A DNA stretch of 64,000 nucleotides from Macrostomum lignano (GCA_002269645.1 NIVC01001001.1:1-64000); one strand, 5' to 3'; shown: positions 37,816-50,522, counted from the stretch's first letter. Program-made: numbers and translations. The notes: generated from the letters alone by a model not told the origin.

Positions 37816-38845
37816 ATGGTGAGAAAAGTTATTCTAGCTATGGATGGTAGCCAGCACTGCTATCGGGCACTGTCCTGGTATGCTGAAAACCTCAATAGCG
37901 AAGATGATCAGCTGGTGTTTGTCTATGTTGCTGAACCGCCAACATCTGCCATTGCGGCTGGCGTCACCACGCCTGAGCAGATGACTGCTGGCTTGCAGGT
38001 TAGGGTTCTGCTTTCAGTTTTGAACGTGTAACCCTCTCTATTCTTAAACAGGGGCTCTAAGTCACCACTATCCTCCCAGATCCACAGTTGCTGGGCCAGC
38101 CTCCTATATCATCAGTTGCTGTGCCAGCCTTACAGATCCTACAGTTGCTGGGCCAGCATCCCAGATCCTCAGTTGCTAGGCCAGCCTCCCAGATCACCAG
38201 TTGCTGGACCAGCCTCCTATATCTTCAGTTGCTGGGCCAGCCTTCCAGATTCTGAGTTGCTGGGCCAGCCTATCAGATCCTTGGCTGCTGGGCCAGCCTG
38301 TCCCAGAGTGTCAGTTACTGGGCCAGCCTCCTAGATCTTCAGTTGCTGGGCCAGCTCTCCAGATATCCAGTGGGCCAGCCTCCCAGATCCTTGGTTGCTG
38401 GGCCAGCCTCCCAGAGTGTCAGCTGGTGCTCCAGCCTCACGGATCGCCAGTTGTTGGGTCATCTCAATCCTTAATCTATACGAAATCCCCTTGTCTCATC
38501 ACCCTTTGAAGCCAGCTGCCCGTCCTCCCAACGTACCCCCCCCCCCCCCCTGTCTCTCAGGAGGCCATCACTAAAGGCAAGGGCCTAGCCAGCGAGGTGA
38601 CTCAAAAGTGCTCCGAGCTGGGCATCAAAGCTCAGACTCGATTCCTGGAGCGCATTGCCCACGGCGCTGGGCCGGCTTTAGTTGACCTGTCAGTTGAAGA
38701 GAACGCCGATCTTATCGTGATGGGCAACCGGGGCATCGGCACTCTGCGTCGCACTTTTATGGGCAGCGTGTCGGACTATGTGCTGCACCACGCGCACAGA
38801 CCAACCATCATTGTGCCGCCGCCGAAGGACAGCGGTCATCATTGA
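37816..38845 (+). CDS. Universal stress protein (UspA domain); exons 37816-37998 and 38561-38845, 155 aa
   Basis: N-terminal KVILAMDGS, ADLIVMG and the ATP-binding G-2X-G-9X-GS motif (GNRGIGTLRRTFMGS), followed by VSDYVLHHA. Confidence 0.9.
38075..38440. repeat. 28-bp minisatellite family, array 1 (USP intron; degenerate)
   Basis: Units of CAGTTGCTGGGCCAGCCTCCCAGATCCT. Confidence 0.88.
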
Positions 38846-39699
38846 GTTTAGCTGTTTGCTTTATTAAATTAAGCAACTGTTGTCAAAATCAAGTAAATTT
38901 TCATTATAAGGGATTTATTCTTGGACTGTTAGTTGTCGCTTCAGTTGTATCCCGATTAAATATTATTATCCATTTTATTATTGAATTCTAATCCTTAATT
39001 GTTTTGAAATATTGTAGTCTAATATATAGTTGATTGATTTATATTATTGTATGCTAAACGCGTAATTTTTTAATTGAAATCATAATGCGATTCTAACTAA
39101 TTCCCAGTAAAATTGTAATCAATGTCTTTTGTTCAGTATAACCATTTGGTTTATTGCGATTATTTATTACTTTTGATTTAATTTCTAACCCTATTCTACC
39201 CTTTATAAAATCAATAATTTTGCTTTGGCGATATTTTACTAAGATTGGTGCAGTTTGTTTCCAGTCCAGCTTTTGTTTCTATTTTATACGTATGATATTG
39301 AAAATCTCAAATAACTTTATCCGTTGTTTCTGTTACTAGTTCAGCTACCCTTTAAATATAAATTGGTGTTTTTTTCTTCATCTTTTTCTATCCCATTTGT
39401 TATTCTGGTTTATTTTTTCTGCGTCCATAAAAACAGTTGCGCACATGGGTTGCAGAGAGTCTGAGACGCACTAATACGATTATTAATGATTAGGAAATTG
39501 TTTTTATGATATTGTTATAGCGGCGCTCTCTTTACCATGCAGGATATGCAAACTGCAATAAAAAATTTTGTGATCCAAAACTTTGCCTGATAAAGCAAGC
39601 TTTGGTTTTGTTTTTTAGCGTCTGTTTTGTTACTTTTAAAAGTATTTATCAAGTTAAACTAAGTTTTTATAGTAGCTTTAAATTATTGACAGATTTAAG

Positions 39700-40692
39700 G
39701 ACTGTGTACATTGGGGGTTAGACTGGGGAGTCGCAATATTAGGGCCTGTGTGTTCTGTGTACATTGGGGGTTAGACTGGAGAGTCGCAATATTAGGGCTT
39801 GTGTGTTCTGTGTACATTGGGGGTTAGACTGGAGAGTCGCAATATTAGGGCCTGTGTGTTCTGTGTACATTGGGGTTAGACTGGAGAGTCGCAATATTAG
39901 GGCCTGTGTGTTCTGTGTACATTGAGGGTTAAACTGGAGAGTCGCAATATTAGGGCCTGTGTGTTTTGTGTACATTGAGGGTTAAACTGGAGAGTCGCAA
40001 TATTAGGGCCTGTGTGTTCTGTGTACATTGGGGGTTAGACTGGAGAGTCGCAATATTAGGGCCTCTGTGTTCTGTGTACATTGGGGTTAGACTGGGGAGT
40101 CGCAATATTAAGGCCTGTGTGTTTTGTGTACATTGGGGTTAGACTGGGGAGTCGCAATATTAGGGCCTGTGTGTTCTGTGTACATGGGGGGTTAGACTGG
40201 GGAGTCGCAATATTAGGGCCTGTGTGTTCTGTGTACATTGGGAGTTAGACTTGAGAGTCGCAATATTAGGGCCTGTGTGTTCTGTGTACATTGGGGTTAG
40301 ACTGGAGAGTCGCAATATTAGGGCCTGTGTGTTCTGTGTACATTGGGGTTAGACTGGAGAGTCGCAATATTAGGGCTTGTGTGTTCTGTGTACATTGGGG
40401 GTTAGACTGGGGAGTCGCAATATTAGGGCTTGTGTGTTCTGTGTACATTGGGGTTAGACTGGGGAGTCGCAATATTAGGGCTTGTGTGTTTTGTGTACAT
40501 TGGGAGTTAGACTTGAGAGTCGCAATATTAGGGCCTGTGTGTTTTGTGTACATTGGGGTTAGACTGGGGAGTCGCAATATTAGGGCCTGTGTGTTCTGTG
40601 TACATTGGGGGTTAAACTGGGGAGTCGCAATATTAGGGCCTGTGTGTTCTGTGTACATTGGGAGTTAGACTTGAGAGTCGCAATATTAGGGC
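39700..40692. repeat. Minisatellite, 52-53-bp unit (intergenic)
   Basis: About 19 copies of TGTGTACATTGGGGTTAGACTGGGGAGTCGCAATATTAGGGCCTGTGTGTTC. Confidence 0.95.
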
Positions 40693-40888
40693 TTTCAGTG
40701 TTTTGAGTACAGTTAGAATCAAGTGAAATGATGTAGCGTGGGTATTTAATGTACTATTCAATTACTACTAGTATAGATTGTAGAGTTTTACAGAGAAATA
40801 AATTCCAAGACTGATTATATAAACGTATGCATTAAATATCGTGTATTCTGCATAGTTAAGCGCCGACTTTAATTTATGTGAACACATC

Positions 40889-42625
40889 ATGTACATGGAC
40901 ACTGACGATGACGGAGAGCTCGAAGTGATACGTTTTGCTCCGCCTTCGCCAAAGCCAGAGAAGCGCAGTATACTTCTTGGTAAGCGTCGTTATAAGCCCA
41001 ATAGCACCAATTTAAACAGTCGTATTAAACTTGAGCAGTCAGACGACGCCATTGATGACGAGGCTTCCCAGTACGACAAAGGCGAGGAAGAGGTGATCAC
41101 ACGTCGGTATAGAGATCCTCGACGGACATCTGCTGCTTTGTCGGTACGAGTGAAGCGCGAACCAGTTGACGAGTTCGATCAGAATGAGCAAGTCAGAAGT
41201 CACCAGCCTAGTCACCGGGAGCTTCGCTTATTGGACTCGCTAGGCATATCGATTGATGAGTTTGAAAAGGCCGATCCAACAGTTAGCGGCGGTGTCCGTT
41301 CCGAGGCCTTGCACCTGACTGGCGTGAGCAATATGAACACCGCCGGCGTGTTCGATTATTTATCACAGAATGCCGGCTCACCGCCCGAGTGGATCGAATG
41401 GATCGATGATAATTCCTGCAATGCCGTCTATCCGGACGGTCCGTCAGCCTTGTCGGCGCTATCCGCCCTGACAACAGTTCGGGGTGGAGACGAGCGAATT
41501 GAACCAGAAATACGTGTTAACAGCGGTAGTCGCTGTCTGCGCTGCCAGACCACAGTCAACATGTTGGTTCGCTTAGCTTTGTCCTCGGATAGGAAGGGTA
41601 AACACGCCAATTTATCGTCCAATTATTATCGTCGTCATGGCAACCCGAACTACGACAATATGTGCGGCATCATTAGTCAGAGCTTCAGGCGTCGGGTAAA
41701 TTCCAAACGATGCGCGTTAGACATGCGTCGGCTTGCTGAGTTTGGCGTTGCGTCTTCCACGACTGCCGCGCCAGCTGCAACAGAAGCAGTTGTCGATTCG
41801 TCTGCTAGAAGCAGCAGACGTCGGCGCCGAATCAGTAGCGGCAGCGGTGCAGCAGCTGTTGTTGAGAAATCGCCACGAACAGATTACAATGACCAAGGAT
41901 CCAAGAGGCGCCGTCTAGATAGCGGCAGCAACGATCTAAGGCACAGCCTTAGACGCATTCGACAGTCCCGCAGTAGTCGGCATCGTCGGCCTAGCAGCCA
42001 TCTTACCGACGAGGATGTCGAACTAGTAGTCGTAGACGATGCCGGCGGCAAGTCGGAGTTTAGCGAGCCTGAGGATTCTATCAAGCAAGAGCCTATCGAC
42101 ACCAAACTCGAACCGCAGCAGCCAGCTGAACATGATGACGAAGATGAAATTATAGAATTAGACAATTATCGTCGAGTATTCGTCCTTTCTGGCAATTCTT
42201 CTCGACTTTCTTCGGTTGTGCAAATGCCGCTGCCTCCGCCGCCGCCTCCGGTGCAGCAGCAGCCTCTGAGATCGGCTGTGGTGTCTCGTCGACACGGTCC
42301 ACAAAGACAGCAGCAGCAGCAGCCTCAGCCGCAGATTCGTCAGAATTCGCACCGAAGAGATCGTCAACAAAAGCGGCAGCGGCTACGTCGCAGCCGTTCT
42401 CGATCGTCTTCGTCGAGTTCGACGTCTTCGTCAACTAGCGGGTCGTCGTCAGCTTCCGGCTCTTCTTCATCGTCGAGATCTTCGTCGTCATCTTCGAGCT
42501 CGTCGTCCGAGTCCTCTTCGTCTTCCGAGCACGAAGACGGTTCGTCTACGGAAGGCGAGGGCGAGGTGGCCGAATGGACGGCGAGGACAGCGGAGAGCGG
42601 CGGGATTGTTGGAAAAGCGCGCTGA
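40889..42625 (+). CDS. NCBP3: Nuclear cap-binding protein subunit 3-like; intronless, 578 aa
   Basis: EALHLTGVSNMNTAGVFDY..PPEWIEWIDDNSCNAV and YYRRHGNPNYDNMCGIIS match the NCBP3 motifs (EAIHL.GVD.MST.DVF.YF, IEWLDDTSCNVV, YGNPNYGGMKGILS). The tail is Ser/Arg-rich. Confidence 0.85.
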   Translation: MYMDTDDDGELEVIRFAPPSPKPEKRSILLGKRRYKPNSTNLNSRIKLEQSDDAIDDEASQYDKGEEEVITRRYRDPRRTSAALSVRVKREPVDEFDQNEQVRSHQPSHRELRLLDSLGISIDEFEKADPTVSGGVRSEALHLTGVSNMNTAGVFDYLSQNAGSPPEWIEWIDDNSCNAVYPDGPSALSALSALTTVRGGDERIEPEIRVNSGSRCLRCQTTVNMLVRLALSSDRKGKHANLSSNYYRRHGNPNYDNMCGIISQSFRRRVNSKRCALDMRRLAEFGVASSTTAAPAATEAVVDSSARSSRRRRRISSGSGAAAVVEKSPRTDYNDQGSKRRRLDSGSNDLRHSLRRIRQSRSSRHRRPSSHLTDEDVELVVVDDAGGKSEFSEPEDSIKQEPIDTKLEPQQPAEHDDEDEIIELDNYRRVFVLSGNSSRLSSVVQMPLPPPPPPVQQQPLRSAVVSRRHGPQRQQQQQPQPQIRQNSHRRDRQQKRQRLRRSRSRSSSSSSTSSSTSGSSSASGSSSSSRSSSSSSSSSSESSSSSEHEDGSSTEGEGEVAEWTARTAESGGIVGKAR

Positions 42626-42784
42626 GGAAGCTGAGAGATGAAGAATAGGGGAAGCTGGATCAGACCCCTGCGCTTTCTGTGCCGTGCTCAGCTTAATTTT
42701 AGTAGTTGCTGTGGGCCTAATTCCTTAGTGTCTGCGTGTATATTTTCATAAACAGGGTGAGCCACGGAAATTCCCAACCCTCTT

Positions 42785-43577
42785 ACTGTTGCTGGGCCAC
42801 CACTGCCACCTCAGTTGCTCCTCAGATCCTCAGTTGCTGGGCCAGCCTCCCAGATCCTCAGTTGCTGGGCCAGCCTCCCATATTCCCAGTTGCTGGGCCA
42901 GCCTCCCAGATCCTCAGTTGCTGGTCCAGCCTCCCAGAGTGTCAGTTGCTGGGCCAGCCTCCCAGATCCTCAGTTGCTGAGCCAGCCTCCCAGATCCTCA
43001 GTTGCTGGGTCAGCCTCCCAGATCCTCAGTTGTTGGGCCAGCCTCCCAGATTCCCAGTTGCTGGGCCAGCCTCCCAGATCCCCAGTTGCTGGGCCAGCCT
43101 TCCAGAGTGTCAGTTGCTGGGCCAGCCTCCCAGATTGTCAGTTGCTGGGCCAGCCTCCCAGATCCTCAGTTGCTGGGCCAGCCTCCTAGACCTCAGTTGC
43201 TGTGCCAGCCTCCCAGAATGTCAGTTGCTGTGCCAGCCTCCCAGATCCTCAGTTGCTGGGCCAGCCTCCCAGACCTCAGTTGCTGTGCCAGCCTCCCAGA
43301 TCATCAGTTGCTGGGCCAGCCTCCCAGATTGTCAGTTGCTGTGCCAGCCTCCCAGATCCTCAGTTGCTGTGCCAGCCTCCCAGATCCTCAGTTGCTGGGC
43401 CAGCCTCCCAGATCCTCAGTTGCTGGGCCAGCCTCCCAGATCCCCAGTGTTGCTGTGCCAGCCTCCCAGATCCTCAGTTGCTGGGCCAGCCTCCCAGATC
43501 CCCAGTTGCTGGGCCAGCCTCCCAGATCCTCAGTTGCTGGGCCAGCCTCCCAGATCCCCAGTTGCTGGGCCAGCCTA
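42785..43577. repeat. 28-bp minisatellite family, array 2 (downstream of the NCBP3 stop codon)
   Basis: About 28 copies of the same unit as arrays 1 and 3. Confidence 0.95.
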
Positions 43578-44473
43578 GTTACTATATCCTCAGATTGGGC
43601 AGTGAGACTCTGTTAATTTTCATTTTTTGTTGCCTCGTGGGCCTGCTTGCATTATGTTAGCAAGTTTATTTTTAAAAACATATTTATAGACACAGACCTA
43701 GTTAATTTCGGCAGTCAGAACAATGGCATTCGGTCAATAGTTGCATTATTTAAAGAACATATTTCCTTTCAGTTCATTTTTGTATGATTTATTTATTGTT
43801 GCATTACCGCAAAAAACTGGTTTATTAGCTATAAGAATTGGCATTTTTCTGTTTGATTATTTCACCAAACATCTCTGTTGTTAGAGTAAATATAGATAAA
43901 TACTTGATACTTCGCTAATATCTCTCAACTAATGTTTTCTTGACACATTCAGACAGAACGCTGATCGTAATTAAATAAATGCAAAGAAATGCTCGCTAAT
44001 TTCTACTAGGATGTCTATAGTTGACAATTTTAATGCATGCTATCCAAAATTAAAAAGTACATTAAACTAGTTTGTATTTCATCTTATACATGCTATGTCA
44101 ACTGCGTTCACTGTACTTAAGTAGTATTGTATATTTATATGATTATATTAATTCTTATGTTTTCTTGCAACAAAGGAATTGACTTTGCAAAATATGGTTT
44201 TAGTAGGCAGTTTTTAGCGAAGTCTTTTTGCTTTATAACTACATTGCTTGCTATGTATCATCAAATGCTCAAAGTAAAATTGTTTTGAAATGAAACTGTT
44301 TATCTTAGCTTTTATATTCTTTATATTAGTATTTTTTATTTCTAAGTGTTAATAGAGTCTAGAGTGAGGAGTCGGTCAGGATAATAGACAGAGCCTATTA
44401 TGTGTTGAAATAGACTATATAGAAAATCTTATTCTGGTAAATTATTGTCTACCTTACTGTCTGTCAACATCTC

Positions 44474-47400
44474 ATGATTAGGGAGGAAAAGGAGATGGAG
44501 CGCCTCTTTAAAATCCTCATTATCGGCGACGGCACGGTGGGCAAAACTTCCTTTGTTCAGCGCTACGTTAACGACGTGTTTCGGCAAGACTATAAAAGTA
44601 CAATTGGTGTGGATTTCGCTTTGAAAGTGGTGAAATGGTCAGACACTGAGACCATTAAATTGCAGATGTGGGATATTGCTGGCCAGGAGAGGTGAGAACT
44701 TGTAGTTTTGTGATATCTTGCATATTTGTACAAGCCGTGACCACTCAGTTGACGATCTCTAATCGCTGTTAATCTAGGATCAGTGACTCTAATCTTTAAT
44801 CTTTGAATGTAGAATCAGTGACTCTAATCTCGATCGGGAATGTAGGATCAGTGACTCTCTAATGATGGGAAATGTAGGATCAGTGACTCTAATGATGGGA
44901 AATGTAGGATCAGTGACTCTCTAGTCGCGGGAATGTAGCATCAGTGACTCTCTTATGGTGGGAAATGTAGGATCAGTGACTCTCTAATGATGGGAAATGT
45001 AGGATCAGTGACTCTCTAATGATGGGAAATGTAGGATCAGTGACTCTAATGATGGGAAATGTAGGATCAGTGACTCTAATGATGGGAAATGTAGGATCAG
45101 TGACTCTCTAGTCGCGGGAATGTAGCATCAGTGACTCTCTTATGGTGGGAAATGTAGGATCAGTGACTCTCTAATGGTGGGAAATGTAGGATCAGTGACT
45201 CTCTAATGGTGGGAAATGTAGGATCAGTGACTCTCTAATGGTGGGAAATGTAGGATCAGTGACTCTCTTATGGTGGGAAATGTAGGATCAGTGACTCTCT
45301 AGTCGAGGGAATGTAGGATCAGTGACTCTCTAATGGTGGGAAATGTAGGATCAGTGACTCTAATGGTGGAAATGTAGCATCAGTGACTCTCTAATCACGG
45401 GAATGTAGGATCAGTGACTCTCTAATCACGGGAATGTAGGATCAGTGACTCTCTAGTCGCGGGAATGTAGGATCAGTGACTCTCTAATGATGGGAAATGT
45501 AGGATCAGTGACTCTCTAATGATGGGAAATGTAGGATCAGTGACTCTCTAGTCGAGGGAATGTAGGATCAGTGACTCTCTAGTCGCGGGAATGTAGGATC
45601 AGTGACTCTCTAATCACGGGAATGTAGGATCAGTGACTCTCTAATCACGGGAATGTAGGATCAGTGACTCTCTAGTCGCGGGAATGTAGGATCAGTGACT
45701 CTCTAATGATGGGAAATGTAGGATCAGTGACTCTCTAATGATGGGAAATGTAGGATCAGTGACTCTCTAGTCGAGGGAATGTAGGATCAGTGACTCTCTA
45801 GTCGAGGGAATGTAGGATCAGTGACTCTCTAGTCGCGGGAATGTAGAATCAGTGACTCTCTAGTCGCGGGAATGTAGGATCAGTGACTCTCTAATGATGG
45901 GAAATGTAGGATCAGTGACTCTCTAGTCGCGGGAATGTAGGATCAGTGACTCTCTAATGGTGGGAAATGTAGGATCAGTGACTCTCTAATGATGGGAAAT
46001 GTAGGATCAGTGACTCTCTAATGATGGGAAATGTAGGATCAGTGACTCTCTAATGATGGGAAATGTAGGATCAGTGACTCTCTAATCACGGGAATGTAGG
46101 ATCAGTGACTCTCTAATGATGGGAAATGTAGGATCAGTGACTCTCTAATGATGGGAAATGTAGGATCAGTGACTCTCTAGTCGCGGGAATGTAGGATCAG
46201 TGACTCTCTAGTCGCGGGAATGTAGGATCGGTGACTCTCTAGTCGCGGGAATGTCGGATCAGTGACTCTCTAGTCGCGGGAATGTAGGATCAGTGACTCT
46301 CTAGTCGCGGGAATGTAGGATCAGTGACTCTCTAGTCGCGGGAATGTCGGATCAGTGACTCTCTAGTCGCGGGAATGTAGGATCAGTGACTCTCTAGTCG
46401 CGGGAATGTAGGATCAGTGACTCTCTAGTCGAGGGAATGTAGGATCAGTGACTCTCTAGTCGCGGGAATGTAGAATCAGTGACTCTCTAGTCGCGGGAAT
46501 GTAGGATCAGTGACTCTCTAGTCGCGGGAATGTAGGATCAGTGACTCTCTAGTCGCGGGAATGTAGGATCAGTGACTCTCTAATGGTGGGGAATGTAGGA
46601 TCAGTGACTCTCTAATGATGGGAAATGTAGGATCAGTGACTCTCTAATGATGGGAAATGTAGGATCAGTGACTCTCTAATGATGGGAAATGTAGGATCAG
46701 TGACTCTCTAATGATGGGAAATGTAGGATCAGTGACTCTCTAATCACGGGAATGTAGGATCAGTGACTCTCTAATGATGGGAAATGTAGGATCAGTGACT
46801 CTCTAATCACGGGAATGTAGGATCAGTGACTCTCTAATCACGGGAATGTAGGATCAGTGACTCTCTAATGATGGGAAATGTAGGATCAGTGACTCTCTAA
46901 TCACGGGAATGTAGGATCAGTGACTCTCTAATGATGGGAAATGTAGGATCAGTGACTCTCTAGTCGCGGGAATGTAGGATCGGTGACTCTCTAGTCGCGG
47001 GAATGTCGGATCAGTGACTCTCTAGTCGCGGGAATGTAGGATCAGTGACTCTCTAGTCGCGGGAATGTAGGATCAGTGACTCTCTAGTCGCGGGAATGTC
47101 GGATCAGTGACTCTCTAGTCGCGGGAATGTAGGATCAGTGACTCTCTAGTCGCGGGAATGTAGGATCAGTGACTCTCTAGTCGCGGGAATGTCGGATCAG
47201 TGACTCTCTAGTCGCGGGAATGTAGGATAAGTGACTGCAATCACTAGACGCAGGTCTCCAGAGCCGTGCATAGCAAAATCTCAGTAAATTATGCCCTTGC
47301 ATAACAACCTCTATCAGGTTCACCTCCATGACCCGCGTGTACTACAAGGACGCCAACGCTGCTATTGTAATGTTTGATTTAACCGCGAAGAACACATTCC

Positions 47401-48779
47401 ACTCTGCGCTGAAATGGAAGCGAGATTTGGATAGCAAATGCAGCCTGTCGGATGGCAGTCCCGTGCCAGCTATTCTGCTGGCCAACAAATGCGACCTGCA
47501 GAGGCGCGAAGTAGATCAGGTGACTGCATTGGGCCAGCCTCCCAGATCCTGAGTTGCTGGGCCAGCCTCCCAGATCCTGAGTTGCTGGGCCAGCCTCCCA
47601 GAGTGTCAGTTGCTGGGCCAGCCTCCCAGATTGTCAGTTGCTGGGCCAGCCTCCCAGGTTGTCAGTTGCTGGGCCAGCCTCCCAGATCCTCAGTTGCTGG
47701 GCCAGCCTCCCAGATCCTCAGTTGCTGGGCCAGCCTCCCAGATTCTCAGTTGCTGTGCCAGCCTCCCAGATCCTCAGTTGCTGTGCCAGCCTCCCAGATC
47801 CTCAGTTGCTGGGCCAGCCTCCCAGAGTGTCAGTTGCTGTGCCAGCCTCCCAGATCCTCAGTTGCTGGGCCAGCCTCCCAGAGTGTCAGTTGCTGTGCCA
47901 GCCTCCCAGATCCTCAGTTGCAGCCAGCCTCCCAGAGTGTCAGTTGCTGTGCCAGCCTCGCAGAGTGTCAGTTACTGTGCCAGCTTCCCAGATCCCCAGT
48001 TGCTGTGCCAGCCTCCCAGATCCTCAGTTGCTGTGCCAGCCTCGCAGAGTGTCAGTTGCTGGGCCAGCCTCCCAGATCCTCAGTTGCTGTGCCAGCCTCC
48101 CAGAGTGTCAGTTGCTGGGCCAGCCTCCCAGAGTGTCAGCTGCTGGGCCAGCCTCCCAGATCCTCAGTTGCTGGGCCAGCCTCCCAGATTCTCAGTTGCT
48201 GTGCCAGTCTCCCAGATCCTCAGTTGCTGTGCCAGCCTCCCAGATTCTCAGTTGCTGTGCCAGCCCTCCAGATCCTCAGTTGCTGTGCCAGCTTCCCAGA
48301 TCCCCAGTTGCTGGGCCAGCCTCCCAGATCCTCAGTTGCTGGGCCAGCCTCCCAGATCCCCAGTTGCTGTGCCAGCCTCCCAGATCCTCAGTTGCTGTGC
48401 CAGCCTCCCAGATCCTCAGTTGCTGTGCCAGCCTCCCAGATCCCCAGTTGCTGGGCCAGCCTCTCTAAAGGAGGAGTTTGGCTAGTCTTCTTCTACTCTA
48501 AAACTGAAACCCACTGTAACCCGCCAGGCCGAGGTCGAGGGCTTCTGCCGCGAGCACGAGTTCATAGGCTGGACAGAGACCAGCGCCAAAGAAGGCGTCA
48601 TGGTTGACGAAGCGATGCGCTTCCTCATTGAAGCCGTCCTGGCCAAATCCTCGCGACTAGGCGACAGCGGCGAAGGCGCCGACGGAGACGGCAGCGGCAA
48701 CGGCGCCGGCACCATCAAGCTGGAGAGATCCTACCGGCAGGACAGCGACGGGGCAAGCAGATCGGGCTGTTCGTGCTAA
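44474..48779 (+). CDS. RAB29: Rab32/38/29-subfamily GTPase, closest to Rab29 (Rab7L1); exons 44474-44691, 47318-47519, 48528-48779, 223 aa
   Basis: GDGTVGKT, YKSTIGVDFALKV, the subfamily signature WDIAGQE, Rab29-type FTSMTR, WKRDLDSK, LLANKCD and WTETSAK; C-terminal CSC prenylation motif. Confidence 0.88.
44775..47236. repeat. Minisatellite, 31-32-bp unit, ~2.5 kb (Rab intron 1)
   Basis: About 78 copies with a constant core ATGTAGGATCAGTGACTCTCTA and about five alternative linkers. Confidence 0.96.
47528..48465. repeat. 28-bp minisatellite family, array 3 (Rab intron 2)
   Basis: About 33 copies starting 8 nt after the donor site. Confidence 0.95.
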
Positions 48780-48964
48780 AGTACATTGGTAAACTGGAAT
48801 ACCTGATTGTGCCGTGTTGTTCGCTTAGAATATCCCATTCCTTTTAGAATTTCCTGTTTCAAGTTTTTGAGTATTGAAATTATTCGAGTTCGAAGTGTTC
48901 TATGCTGTGTTAAAATGAAGTTTGAGCTCATAGGTGATGAATATTATTTTGTCCGTATTCTTGT

Positions 48965-49435
48965 GATTTCTCTTTACCCTCTTTACCCTCTTTCCCACCT
49001 CTTCCTTACCCTCTCCCCCTCTTTACCCTCTGTCCCTCCTTACCCTCTAACCATCTTTACGCTCTCACTCCCTTTGCCATCTCCCCTCTAACATATTTTC
49101 CTCTTTACCCTCTTTACCCTCTTTCCCACCTCTTCCTTACCCTCTTCCCCTCTTTACCCTCTGTCCCTCCTTACCTTCTAACCCTATTTACGCTCTCCTC
49201 CTCTTTATCCTCTCCCCCTCTAACATCTCTTCCTCTTTACCCTCTCCCATTCCTTTCCCCCCTCTTTACCCTCTCTCACTCCTTACCCTCTCCTTCTCTT
49301 TACCCCCTTCCCTTTTTTACCCTCCAACACTCTTCACCCTCTCTCCCTTACACTCCCTCTACCCTCTCCCTCTCTTTACATTCCCCATCTTTCCCCGCAC
49401 CCACTCTTTACCCTCTACCCCTCTTGACCCCTCCA
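48965..49435. repeat. Pyrimidine-rich low-complexity repeat in the Rab 3' region
   Basis: Repeated CTCTTTACCCT motifs. Confidence 0.7.
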
Positions 49436-50054
49436 TTTGTGCATCTCTCTAAGCCAATCACAGCAAAGCATTTCTGAATTGCGTCGTGTTGGTGCCAATT
49501 TTATTCAACAAATTTTTTTTGATTTCATATTGATTTTAGCCAGTCAACTTATCACTGTGCGGATGGAGGCAATTTAATGCGTGATCTTGTAAATTATTTT
49601 GTTTTACCATTTCATGATTTGGTTCTACTTTAGTAATTCTCTATATATTCTGTAATGCTATTGAGTATTCGTTGCATTCAATAATAATTTTTATTAAAGA
49701 TTTTGCATTACTTAACCAGCATTGTCTACTGTAAGTAGTTTGCCATTTTGATTTTACCTGGCTTCAATTTCCGGAATCGAAGCCGATTAATGCATAATAA
49801 TACTCTTCAGAAATCCTATGCTACTATTAGTAATGTTTTATCTTTTAACAGTAGTATTTTGTACTATTTTTCTATTTCCTCTACTTCCATGACCAAATTT
49901 TTAATGCTAAAGATTTTGCGAAGTAGATTAGATTTTTATAGTTGATAGATTATATGCAGGCTATTATAATACACGTTTTACTGTTCCTGGTCGTCAATAA
50001 ATGAAGCAACTGACTCACTAATTGTCAATACTTTTGCCTTCAAATACCACATCT

Positions 50055-50063
50055 CTGCCTGTG

Positions 50064-50102
<39 letters not shown>

Positions 50103-50177
50103 GTGTCTGTCTGTCTGTCTGGCTGTCTGTCTGTCTGTCTGTCTGTCTGTGTGTCTGTCTGTCTGTCTGTCTGTCTA

Positions 50178-50238
<61 letters not shown>

Positions 50239-50263
50239 GTGTCTGTCTGTCTGTCTGTCTGTG

Positions 50264-50326
<63 letters not shown>

Positions 50327-50351
50327 GTGTCTGTCTGTCTGTCTGTCTGTG

Positions 50352-50442
<91 letters not shown>

Positions 50443-50522
50443 GTATGCTTTTATGTCTTTGTGTCTTTCTGACTGTCAGGCTGTCTGTCTGTCTGTCTGG
50501 ACTGTCTGTTTGTCTGTCTGTG

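Noticed and set aside
44775-47236. CRISPR-like constant repeat plus variable spacer pattern
   Set aside because: The linkers are only ~9-10 bp drawn from about five recurring variants, there are no cas genes, and the array sits in a eukaryotic intron. It is a minisatellite with variant repeats.
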